Source: Pirellulaceae bacterium
GTDB taxonomy: Bacteria; Planctomycetota; Planctomycetia; Pirellulales; Pirellulaceae
Assembly: GCA_041739875.1 (NCBI GenBank)
Contig: JBGSNA010000157.1
Location: forward strand, 24,859-88,858
Reading direction: 5' to 3'
Length of the DNA: 64,000 bases
Shown: piece after piece, positions 37,027-45,494 of the stretch
How the letters are laid out: every line of letters begins with the position of its first letter
How positions within the stretch are numbered: position 1 is the stretch's first letter
Translations under genes and position numbers: made by a program
The notes under the pieces: model-generated
What the model saw: only the letters and a program-made list of their open reading frames with translations
Told to the model about the DNA's origin: nothing
The model's database searches: none

Positions 37027-38307
37027 CTACCTCCAGAAATGGCCAGTTTCGTTCTGATTTGGCGAGTTTTGGCCGCCGTAGTAATACGGCTCTGGAGACG
37101 CTGTGGCTGGAGCGTATTCTCGTATATCGGGTGACAATTCGGTTGAGACCGACTGAGAGGAGTAGCTTTGGTGACTGAAATCTGCTCCCGAGAATGACTG
37201 TTCGGACTGGGGTTGGGCAACGGAGTAGTAGCCGTACTTCTTCACCGACGGGGGCGCCGAAGTTTTCAGCGGTGCCTGTGTCGAGGGGTCTCGCTCAGGA
37301 ACCGGCGTCGCGATCATTTCGCGAGTCGCAGAGGCTTGGACGACATTGGTGGCGGCAGCCATCGGGCTGTCTTGCGATCCGCCCATTCGGCGACGAAGGT
37401 ACCATCCCGCTTCACTTGAGTTATTCGCGACGCTCGCACTGGCCAACGCGTTGACGGGTGGTGTCTCCTTAACTGACGGCGACTCGCGACTCGCTATCGA
37501 GGCCACAGCAGACGTTGGGGGTGGAGTGTCGTTTGCCTTGACGAAACGGTCCACCGGTCCGCTGCCAGCTGCGACCCATGCGAGCCAGTAGTCTTGGAGT
37601 TCCGCAAGCGAGTCATAGCCGTATTGTTCGCGAACATTGTCTGTCCAAGACGGACGCTGCATATAACCCTCAAGAAACCGGATGAAGGCTTGTGGGCCTT
37701 TTTGATCGATCAGGAAGCGACAAACTGAGTAGCCTTGCGCATAAAGGGGTAGCACGTCATCGGGGTATTCGGTCAGCAAGAACAAGCGGTTCATCGCGAT
37801 CCCACGACGCGATGCCAGGAATTCTCGCAGCTTTGCTTCGTGTTTGCTGCGTTCGGCGTCGTGTTCGACAGTGGTACAGATGCCTTCATCGGCCCATCGC
37901 GGCAGCGGACGACCGAAGTGTGTTGCAAGTACCGTGTGCGTGACTTCGTGAGGAAGCACACTGTCTAGTATTCGCTCGGGTGTACCGACGACTTCCATTT
38001 GAAAGTCTCTCACGGGCGCACGGTTGTACGTGGTGACGCCTTGAGCAGGTAAGTTGCCCGCCACAACGCGGACTGGACAAGGTGTTGGCCAAGGCGGAAT
38101 TGGATTGCCGAGCCAATGCACCGCTAAATCATTTCGGTAGGCCTCTGCGGCATCGCCGACTGCCTGAGCAAGTTCAGCGGTCGGTGCCTGGATCAAGAAG
38201 TTTTGTGTGCGATAATTCGCGGCAATGGCTAGCGAAGGCACGCCGCTCATTGCGACTGCGACCGCGAGTAAAAACACGACGCGATGCAGTTGTTTGCCGG
38301 CTTCCAT
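37027..38307 (-). CDS. secreted HExxH zinc-metallopeptidase-like protein with S/P/Y-rich C-terminal tail
   Basis: Signal peptide (VVFLLAVAVAMSGVPSLAIA), HEVTH motif with a downstream ADEG glutamate, and a low-complexity C-terminal third. Confidence 0.7.
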   Translation of the reverse strand: MEAGKQLHRVVFLLAVAVAMSGVPSLAIAANYRTQNFLIQAPTAELAQAVGDAAEAYRNDLAVHWLGNPIPPWPTPCPVRVVAGNLPAQGVTTYNRAPVRDFQMEVVGTPERILDSVLPHEVTHTVLATHFGRPLPRWADEGICTTVEHDAERSKHEAKLREFLASRRGIAMNRLFLLTEYPDDVLPLYAQGYSVCRFLIDQKGPQAFIRFLEGYMQRPSWTDNVREQYGYDSLAELQDYWLAWVAAGSGPVDRFVKANDTPPPTSAVASIASRESPSVKETPPVNALASASVANNSSEAGWYLRRRMGGSQDSPMAAATNVVQASATREMIATPVPERDPSTQAPLKTSAPPSVKKYGYYSVAQPQSEQSFSGADFSHQSYSSQSVSTELSPDIREYAPATASPEPYYYGGQNSPNQNETGHFWR

Positions 38308-38469
38308 GCCGCGGGTACTCCTTGAGAAAGATCATCCGGTCCATCGGTGAGGCGGAGTTTAGAGAAAAGGTCGCGCCAACCGAAAGGCGAATCTCGAAAC
38401 CGCTAATTTGGAAACCCGTGAGTCGTTGAAATCTACTAGCGACTGGACAATATTCGTTCGCATCACTTG

Positions 38470-39156
38470 CTAATACGGCACTCCCATCGCATTGCAAAGG
38501 AAATTCATGAGCGGACGAGCTGCTTTGATATCATCAAGCATCCGCTCCAAAATGTCGTCGCTGACCCAGTCCGCCTCGCTCCAAGGGGCAATGGCAATGA
38601 AGTCAATACGGCGGAGATCTTCGATCAATGGATGGTCGGCCGGAAAATCTCGCGGCGAAGTCTTCAATGATTCTCCGTCCAACGCATAGCGCCCCGCAAA
38701 CTTCTTATTTCGTTTGGCCTTTAGCCAGATTTTCGGGTCGCTATCGATCGCTGTTCGAATCGCCGCGAGCGACTGTCGCTCCGGTCGCCAGCATCCAGCT
38801 CCAATGAATGACTCGTACGGGTCCAAGTGTAAGTACACGCCCGGTGCATGGATATCAGCGCCGGCTTGGTGCTTCAGCGAGATTCCGACGTTCGTTTTGT
38901 ACGGCGTCTTGTCCTTTGCGAATCGTGTGTCTCGGTAGATGCGAAGGATCGAACCGCCGCTTCGTTTGGGGATGGCTGCGAGCATCGGAGCGACTCTCGC
39001 CAGCGGTTTCTCGAGCTGTCTCGCTAATTCCACAGCCGGATCCAACACATCGCTTTGATAGCGTGTTTTGTTGTCGGCGAACCAGTCGCGATGGTTGTTC
39101 TTGCCAAGCTCGCGAAGGAACCTAAACAGTGCCGGTGAAAGAGGTGATTTCGGCAT
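38470..39156 (-). CDS. DUF2461 (TIGR02453) family protein
   Basis: FLRELGKNNHRDWF, RIYRDTRFAKDKTPYKT and GVYLHLDP..FIGAGCW blocks. Starting at internal ATG 39156 gives the typical length of about 229 aa. Confidence 0.8.
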   Translation of the reverse strand: MPKSPLSPALFRFLRELGKNNHRDWFADNKTRYQSDVLDPAVELARQLEKPLARVAPMLAAIPKRSGGSILRIYRDTRFAKDKTPYKTNVGISLKHQAGADIHAPGVYLHLDPYESFIGAGCWRPERQSLAAIRTAIDSDPKIWLKAKRNKKFAGRYALDGESLKTSPRDFPADHPLIEDLRRIDFIAIAPWSEADWVSDDILERMLDDIKAARPLMNFLCNAMGVPY

Positions 39157-39360
39157 TTCGTAGTGGTTTCCAGGGCCTAAACGAGATTTCTGTGAGCTAG
39201 GCATCGTAACAAACTGGTCGCAGATTGGCAGATTGCCTAAACCGTCTTTCACGGGGGGCGATAAATGTGTTGCGTCGAATTCTGGTGTTTTGCTACATCC
39301 CTCCACAGAGATCCGCGGGCATGATCGTCGCGGCCAACAGGAAAACTCGCGCGAGACACA

Positions 39361-40329
39361 TTGATGAAAAGTCCTCTTCGATTGGCGTTTGCGGACTTCT
39401 ATCGATCCTTCGATGTTGATCACAACTTTTTTACGAACTTGCTTCGTGACCACTACGACGTTGAGCTCGTTGATGGCGAAGCTGATTTGACGATTTGTTC
39501 GGTTTACGGAACGGCTTCCGTTGAATGCACGGGCCGTAAGGTCTTGCTTATCATGGAGAACTTTCGGCCTAACATGAACGCGTATGATGCCGTCATCAGC
39601 TTTGACAGCGTCGACGACCCGCGTCACTTTCACTTACCGCTGTCGATGATTGGCAATCCGATTCAACGTCCCGCGGACTGGTCCGCCGAAAACGAACTCG
39701 CTCACAAGAGTCGGTTCTGCAACTTTATTTTCTCGAATCCCTCGTGTGCGCCTCGGAATCGATTGTTGCAACGATTGCAGCGATACAAACGTGTCGACTG
39801 TGGCGGCCGGTGCTTCAACAATGTCGGTGGGCGAGTGCCGAACAAGTACGAGTTCCAACGCAGTTGCAAGTTCTCGATCGCTTTCGAAAACTCAAGTCAC
39901 CCAGGCTACCTGACGGAGAAACTCTCAGACGCCTTTCGGTCCAATACGATCCCGTTGTATTGGGGTGATCCGCAAGCGAACAAGTTTTTCAATGCCGATG
40001 CATTTTTACATCAAGACGACTTTTGCGATGTTGATGCATTGGTTGAGCGAGTCATTGAGTTGGACCAAAATGATGAGCTCTATCTGGAGATGCTTCGCCA
40101 GCCAGCCTATGTGGGCGGGGAAATGCCGAGCCAGTTTCGACGGGGAAATGTGCTCAAATTCTTCGTGGACACCATCGAGTCGGACCGTGCTCCGGTTGCA
40201 ACCACGGCTAACTACGCGAAAGTCGCTGCCGCTTACGAGCGTCAAGTGAATGTCGACAAATGGCGACGTCGAGTGAACCGCTGGCGATATCGAACAGTTC
40301 ACGCCGTCTTCGGTCGGTTGGCCGCGTGA
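39361..40329 (+). CDS. glycosyltransferase family 10 (alpha-1,3-fucosyltransferase-like)
   Basis: KFSIAFENSSHPGYLTEKL motif and a general GT10 layout. Confidence 0.8.
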   Translation: MMKSPLRLAFADFYRSFDVDHNFFTNLLRDHYDVELVDGEADLTICSVYGTASVECTGRKVLLIMENFRPNMNAYDAVISFDSVDDPRHFHLPLSMIGNPIQRPADWSAENELAHKSRFCNFIFSNPSCAPRNRLLQRLQRYKRVDCGGRCFNNVGGRVPNKYEFQRSCKFSIAFENSSHPGYLTEKLSDAFRSNTIPLYWGDPQANKFFNADAFLHQDDFCDVDALVERVIELDQNDELYLEMLRQPAYVGGEMPSQFRRGNVLKFFVDTIESDRAPVATTANYAKVAAAYERQVNVDKWRRRVNRWRYRTVHAVFGRLAA

Positions 40330-40424
40330 TTGGCCTTGGAGATACAGAATTGACCTGGATGCATTTCAAGAATCCACTTTGCGCCCCGGTATGACGGGCG
40401 GACGCGATTCGCGTCACAACCGTT

Positions 40425-42494
40425 TTGATAGTACGATGTTCCGGATCGTCCGCCGTCATCGACTCTCATTCGGATAGTGAATTGTTTCCCCACGGTATCT
40501 TTCGAATTGCCGCCGTCTCTCCCAAAACTTCAGTCGCGAATCCTCGGGCAAACGCCGCGGCGTCGATTGAATGTCTACGCGCTGCCGGTGACGCTGACTT
40601 GGTTCTGTTCCCCGAACTCGGCCTCACGGGCTATACCTGTGGCGACTTATTTGCGAGCGACTCGCTTCTCAATGCGGCACTTGATTCGCTTGAGATGATT
40701 GCGCAAGAGACGCTTGACAGCCAGTCCATTGTCGTGGTTGGCTTGCCCATCCGAGTGGGTGCGTCGTTGATGAACGTTGCGGCGCTCGTCGCATCGGGTC
40801 GCGTTCGAGGCGTGGTGCCAAAAACGTATTTGCCCACCTATCGCGAGTTCTATGAAGGCCGGCATTTCCGCGCCGCTAGCGCTTCGGATCCCGCGTCACT
40901 ATTGATTCATGGCATCGAAACGCCTTTCGGTACCGACCTGCTCTTCCGTTGGGGCGACGCGACGATCGCGATTGAGATTTGCGAAGACCTTTGGACTCCC
41001 ATTTCGCCTTCGAGTTGGGCCGCTGCAGCTGGTGCTAACGTGCTGTTGAATCTATCCGCGAGTAACGAAACCGTCGGCAAGGCATCGTGGCGTCGAGATT
41101 TGGTGCGCAGCCAGTCGGGGCGCTGCATCGCTGCTTATGCATACGCTTGTGCAGGTGCTGGGGAGTCAACCTCGGATCTGGTGTTCGGCGCACATTGCTT
41201 GATTGCGGAAAATGGCGTCCTTCTGGATGAGTCGCGTCGCATTGGGGACGGTGAATTTCCGATCCATTTTGACGAGACGAGTGTCACCTGTGATATCGAT
41301 TTGCAGCGTTTGGCCCATGATCGCCGGATTGTCGGCTCTTTCGACGACATCGATTTGTCCCGACATCGAGTCTACCGAACGATCGACCTTGGGTCGTTAT
41401 CTGCGGTGCAGCGAGTTCCGCGAATTGACTTGAGTCGTCGCATAGATGGTCATCCATTTGTGCCCGACGAGTCTGGAGAATTAGAAGCGAGATGCGCAGA
41501 GATTTTTGCGATTCAAACCGCCGGTTTGGTCAAGCGACTTTCTCGAATTTCAAAAACCAGTCCGCTCGCGATCGGTATCTCCGGAGGGCTCGATAGCACG
41601 CTCGCCTTGCTTGTCGCGCTTCGTGCTTGCGAAGCGCTGGGACGCGATGCCGACTGGATTCACGGCATCACGATGCCCGGTTTTGGTACCACGTCGCACA
41701 CACTCGACAGCGCCGACCAGCTCATTGCGTTAACGGGGCTGACTTCGGAAACGATCGATATTCGTGCGCTGTGCTTGGACACGTTCCTCGCGATCCGTCA
41801 CAGCCCACTAGGGCTTTCGATTGATGAAACGACAACAGTCGAGTCGCTCCAAACGGCACTTCAAAACACGCCTGACAACGCATCGGACTTGAAGTTCGAG
41901 AATGTGCAAGCACGCATTCGAACGATGCTGCTGATGAGTCGTGGTTTTGTACTCGGCACAGGGGACATGAGTGAGCAGGCGCTCGGTTGGTCCACCTACA
42001 ACGCCGATCACATGTCGATGTACAACGTCAACACGTCTATCCCCAAGACGCTCGTTCGATTCCTCGTTCGCTTTGCGGCCGACCATTACTTTGACGGAAA
42101 GCTGCGAGATGTGTTGCACCGAATCGCCGACACGCCAATTTCCCCCGAGCTGATGCCGCTGGCTCAAGACGGTTCAATGCGTCAAAGTACCGAGGCGACA
42201 ATTGGCGACTATGAACTTCATGATTTTTTCCTGTATCATTTCGTTCGCTATGGGGCGAGTTTCGAAAAGATCTTGTATCTCGCCGAGCACGCAAATTTCT
42301 CCCGTGAGTACGCGTCCACAGAAATCGAAGCCACGCTACGGCGTTTCATGGATCGATTCTTCATCAACCAATTCAAACGCAACTGCGTTCCCGATGGCCC
42401 CAAAGTCGGCTCGGTGAGTCTGTCCCCGCGAGGCGACTGGCGCATGCCTAGCGACGCCGACGTTGACGCTTTCAAACCACCGCCGACAATATGA
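40425..42494 (+). CDS. nadE: glutamine-dependent NAD(+) synthetase (long form)
   Basis: N-terminal nitrilase/CN-hydrolase domain (FPELGLTGY, ICEDLW) followed by a synthetase domain with GISGGLDS. The true start may be an in-frame alternative codon near 40479. Confidence 0.9.
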   Translation: MIVRCSGSSAVIDSHSDSELFPHGIFRIAAVSPKTSVANPRANAAASIECLRAAGDADLVLFPELGLTGYTCGDLFASDSLLNAALDSLEMIAQETLDSQSIVVVGLPIRVGASLMNVAALVASGRVRGVVPKTYLPTYREFYEGRHFRAASASDPASLLIHGIETPFGTDLLFRWGDATIAIEICEDLWTPISPSSWAAAAGANVLLNLSASNETVGKASWRRDLVRSQSGRCIAAYAYACAGAGESTSDLVFGAHCLIAENGVLLDESRRIGDGEFPIHFDETSVTCDIDLQRLAHDRRIVGSFDDIDLSRHRVYRTIDLGSLSAVQRVPRIDLSRRIDGHPFVPDESGELEARCAEIFAIQTAGLVKRLSRISKTSPLAIGISGGLDSTLALLVALRACEALGRDADWIHGITMPGFGTTSHTLDSADQLIALTGLTSETIDIRALCLDTFLAIRHSPLGLSIDETTTVESLQTALQNTPDNASDLKFENVQARIRTMLLMSRGFVLGTGDMSEQALGWSTYNADHMSMYNVNTSIPKTLVRFLVRFAADHYFDGKLRDVLHRIADTPISPELMPLAQDGSMRQSTEATIGDYELHDFFLYHFVRYGASFEKILYLAEHANFSREYASTEIEATLRRFMDRFFINQFKRNCVPDGPKVGSVSLSPRGDWRMPSDADVDAFKPPPTI

Positions 42495-42635
42495 TTCACC
42501 ATTGTCGCTGGTCTTGATTCGCATCTGGGCCACGCGGCAAGTTGATGTGGGTGATGATGCGGCGGTGTTCGCCGGCGTCGATTTGGTGTGGCCGAGTCGC
42601 CGACAGTCCTCGTAAATCGCATCCTAAGTACTGGA

Positions 42636-43751
42636 CTAGAGCCCGACGTACTTAACGCCGAGTGCCTTGCTCCACTCGCGGTCAAAGCTGCCAAGTCGAT
42701 GTGCGGGATCCGAGTTGAGCGAGCGACACAGTCCATTAAATCTGGCCACCCTAGGAGTCAGTGCATCGCTCACCCAAGCATTCAGTCTTGAGCGAGCGGA
42801 CTCTCCGGAGATCACGATTCCGTTTGCGGTGTAACCAAAACTCGCTGCGGTTGCTTCGCTTGGGTTAACCAGTTCTTCGACAAACTCAGCACACCAGCTG
42901 TCGACGGCAACGCCGCTTGCGCCGATCGCGATCAGGCGTGCTGCGTCGTCGGGTGTGATGCTTTCCGGTGCAATCCATAAGGGCAATCCCTCTTGGCCTA
43001 GCGTATCAACGAGCTTGCGAATGTGAAGCGTATGCTGCGCTAGTTGCAGCGGCGAGAGTGTCGCTTGGTCGAGTCGTACGATCACGCCATCGGGCATTTG
43101 TCGCTCGTCCGTTTGCCGAGCAAGAAAACGGTTCAGTTCTTCGGCAAGCCGAAACGGACCGAGCGAAACGAAGATTGCTGCACCGCGCGCGAGCGTACGA
43201 AGCTGGGACAATTTTGGCCCTAGGTTGTCTGGGGAAACCACATCGGGTGGAAAAGTGGTTGCCGGAACCCAGCTTCCGCCCGCTACTGGTGATGCGTCGG
43301 TGGTTGCTTCCCAGCGTTGAATTTGGGACTGGGAATAGACATGCGCCCCAGTCTCGTCGCGGCACACGTTGAGACGAACATCGACAATGCCGCAATCATC
43401 AAAGTCTTCGGGCGACAATCCATATCGTTCGGGTCGATAAGGCAGCATGCGTGGTGCAGAGACTGGGACGTCCGCAGCAAAAAAATGGGACTGGCTGCCG
43501 GGCGAGGATACGTCACGATGCAGTGCTGACACGGTGATGCCGACTTTCGCCACGGCGTGTGCTAACGCATCAGCCGTTTCAATGGGTAGCACGTGCCAGG
43601 GCGGGTCGAACCAAAAAAGTGGTGTGGCAAGCTCAAGCGGGGTGTCATTGCGCCGCGAGATTGTGTGGGATGTTCCGTGTGGTGCCAGGCCAATCCAAGA
43701 GGTGTCAAGTGTCGGTGGTAACAAGCAGAGAGGAGCGAGTTTGTCAGTCAT
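42636..43751 (-). CDS. glutamate-synthase central-domain-like (TIM barrel) protein with degenerate cofactor motifs
   Basis: Weak colinear resemblance to the GltB FMN domain (VVSPDNL..KLSQLR, DGVIVRLD, LPLWIAPESITPDDAARLIAIGASGVAVDS). The GGTGA-type glycine motifs are missing. The assignment is tentative. Confidence 0.45.
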   Translation of the reverse strand: MTDKLAPLCLLPPTLDTSWIGLAPHGTSHTISRRNDTPLELATPLFWFDPPWHVLPIETADALAHAVAKVGITVSALHRDVSSPGSQSHFFAADVPVSAPRMLPYRPERYGLSPEDFDDCGIVDVRLNVCRDETGAHVYSQSQIQRWEATTDASPVAGGSWVPATTFPPDVVSPDNLGPKLSQLRTLARGAAIFVSLGPFRLAEELNRFLARQTDERQMPDGVIVRLDQATLSPLQLAQHTLHIRKLVDTLGQEGLPLWIAPESITPDDAARLIAIGASGVAVDSWCAEFVEELVNPSEATAASFGYTANGIVISGESARSRLNAWVSDALTPRVARFNGLCRSLNSDPAHRLGSFDREWSKALGVKYVGL

Positions 43752-43775
43752 CGTATTTATCAGTCATCGTATTTA
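43744..43775. repeat. perfect 16-bp tandem duplication spanning the start codon of the 371-aa gene
   Basis: TCAGTCATCGTATTTA occurs twice (43744-43759 and 43760-43775). On the coding strand this duplicates AAATACGATGACTGA, including the ATG. Confidence 0.9.
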
Positions 43776-43788
43776 ATCGTGTTTCCTG

Positions 43789-44547
43789 CTAACGCCAATT
43801 CGGATTGATTTCGCCACGTTGCGATTCTTCGGCACGCAGCATCGCGATCGGCACAACACGACGAAATTCGGACGAGTCGCCTCGAATGGACGCATTGATT
43901 AAGAGCAAACCAAGCCGCAGTTGCTCACGCTTTCGCAGAGACGCCTCGGTGACACCAGGGGCCAAGCTGGATGCTTGCCCGCGGATGAAAACGGTGACGT
44001 TGTTCATCGCGTCACCAAGGTTGTGTCCTGCATCTCCGCCGATAACGATCATGCCACCGATCGCGCCCACTCCCGTTTCATCTCCTACGTCGCCTCGGAC
44101 GAAAATTCCTCCGCCGCGCATGGCCGCACCGCAACGCGGGCCGGCGGAGCCATAGACGGCGAGCGTTCCACCTACCATGGCGGTGCCGACGCCGATACCG
44201 GCATTCTGTCGCACACGGATCGAGCCGCCACGCATACCCTCACCGACGCCATGGCCCGTCGAGCCAGACAGACGGATGTCCGTTTTGGTGTTGTGAGCAA
44301 ACGCGTAGTCCCCAAGGTTGCCGTCGACGTGCAGCGTCACGGTATGGTTCATTCGCATGAACGCGTTGTGCTGGCCCGAGGCACCCGAGACATGAACTTG
44401 AGGCCACGTAGCGTCAACAGACACGGAAGGAATTTCATTGATCGAGTCGCGAACTTCCTGTTCGGACAAGTCAGCCATCGACAAGTAATACTCAGCCGCT
44501 TCCAGTGCAGTTTTTTCGTGTTGATCGGCAGGAGGTTTGGGATTCAT
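43789..44547 (-). CDS. GXGXG-motif beta-helix protein (glutamate synthase alpha C-terminal domain / FwdC-like)
   Basis: Repeated G-x-G-x-G turns: GSTGHGVGEGMRGGSIRV, NAGIGVGTAMVGGTLAVYGSAG, GAAMRGGGIFVRGDVG, GVGAIGGMIVIGGDAG. Confidence 0.8.
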   Translation of the reverse strand: MNPKPPADQHEKTALEAAEYYLSMADLSEQEVRDSINEIPSVSVDATWPQVHVSGASGQHNAFMRMNHTVTLHVDGNLGDYAFAHNTKTDIRLSGSTGHGVGEGMRGGSIRVRQNAGIGVGTAMVGGTLAVYGSAGPRCGAAMRGGGIFVRGDVGDETGVGAIGGMIVIGGDAGHNLGDAMNNVTVFIRGQASSLAPGVTEASLRKREQLRLGLLLINASIRGDSSEFRRVVPIAMLRAEESQRGEINPNWR

Positions 44548-44601
44548 CCTAAAATTACTGGCCAGAAAGAACGAGAACTACAAGAATAAGTGGGCGAACA
44601 G

Positions 44602-45435
44602 TCAAAGTTTCGCAAAGACATCGCGAACGATTGCCTCCATCTTAACCGCTGCGGCGCGTCCCGCGGTGAGGACTTCTTCGTGATTTGCGATAACAAATTC
44701 GTCGGGGCGCGCCACGTTGCTCACCATGGAAAGAGCGAGGACACGCATGCCCAATTCGCGAGCTGCTAAAACTTCAGGAACGGTGCTCATGCCAACCACA
44801 TCAACTCCAAGCCTCCTCATCATTCGGTATTCGGCGCGTGTTTCGTATGTCGGCCCAAGCGTGGCGAGGTAAGTTCCAAAATACGCGGCAAATCCATTCT
44901 TGTGGCTGCATCGGAGGGCGGCCTCGGCGAGCGATTCGTCATACGTCTCGCCCCGACGCGATGGGCTTTCATTGGCTGGGCGATTGGCCCGCAGGAACTG
45001 GTACGGGCCTCGCATCCAGTCAAGTGAATCTTGGAGGATGACAATGTCGCCGACACAGAGTTTGGGATTCACTCCGCCAGCGGCGTTGCTCGCAACCAAT
45101 ACATCCGCACCAAGTTGCCGCATCACGTGGACTGGGAAAGCAACGTCGTCGTTCGAATGCCCTTCGTAGCGATGCAAGCGTCCGGCCATCGCCACGACGG
45201 GCTGGGCGGCGAAGATGCCTATGACCAATTCACCACGATGGCCGCCCGCTGTGGACCTGGCGAAACCAGGAATCTCTGTAAACGGAATCGAGACGGCGTT
45301 CTCAATTTTGTCGGCAAGCTGGCCGAGACCGCTTCCCAGGATCAAGGCTGCCTTCGGACGAAGTTTGATCCGAGTTTGGACAAATGCGAGCGCCGAATTC
45401 AGGGCCTCGCTTCGCAATTCAGTCTCAGGTGTCAT
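44602..45435 (-). CDS. purine nucleoside phosphorylase family protein, divergent paralog
   Basis: PNP-I blocks are present (LILGSGLG, STAGGHRGELV, GRLHRYEGH, SNAAGG, GPTYETRAEY, GMSTVPE). The loop between SNAAGG and the ETRAE block is unlike canonical PunA. Internal ATG 45435 is chosen. Confidence 0.85.
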   Translation of the reverse strand: MTPETELRSEALNSALAFVQTRIKLRPKAALILGSGLGQLADKIENAVSIPFTEIPGFARSTAGGHRGELVIGIFAAQPVVAMAGRLHRYEGHSNDDVAFPVHVMRQLGADVLVASNAAGGVNPKLCVGDIVILQDSLDWMRGPYQFLRANRPANESPSRRGETYDESLAEAALRCSHKNGFAAYFGTYLATLGPTYETRAEYRMMRRLGVDVVGMSTVPEVLAARELGMRVLALSMVSNVARPDEFVIANHEEVLTAGRAAAVKMEAIVRDVFAKL

Positions 45436-45439
45436 GACA

Positions 45440-45494
45440 GGCAATTTGATCTTTGGCAATTTGATCTTAGGCAACTTGATCTCAGGCAACTCGA
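45440..45494. repeat. 15-bp tandem repeat (about 3.6 copies) in the spacer between the two PNP genes
   Basis: GGCAATTTGATCTTT, GGCAATTTGATCTTA, GGCAACTTGATCTCA, GGCAACTCGA. It starts 4 nt from the ATG of the downstream PNP gene and runs into the last codons of the upstream one. Confidence 0.9.

Noticed and set aside
39157-39633. A 159-aa N-terminal extension of the DUF2461 ORF as given in the track.
   Set aside because: DUF2461 similarity starts right after Met 39156, and the family is about 220-230 aa. The extension is R/V/K-rich and overlaps the divergent GT10 gene start.
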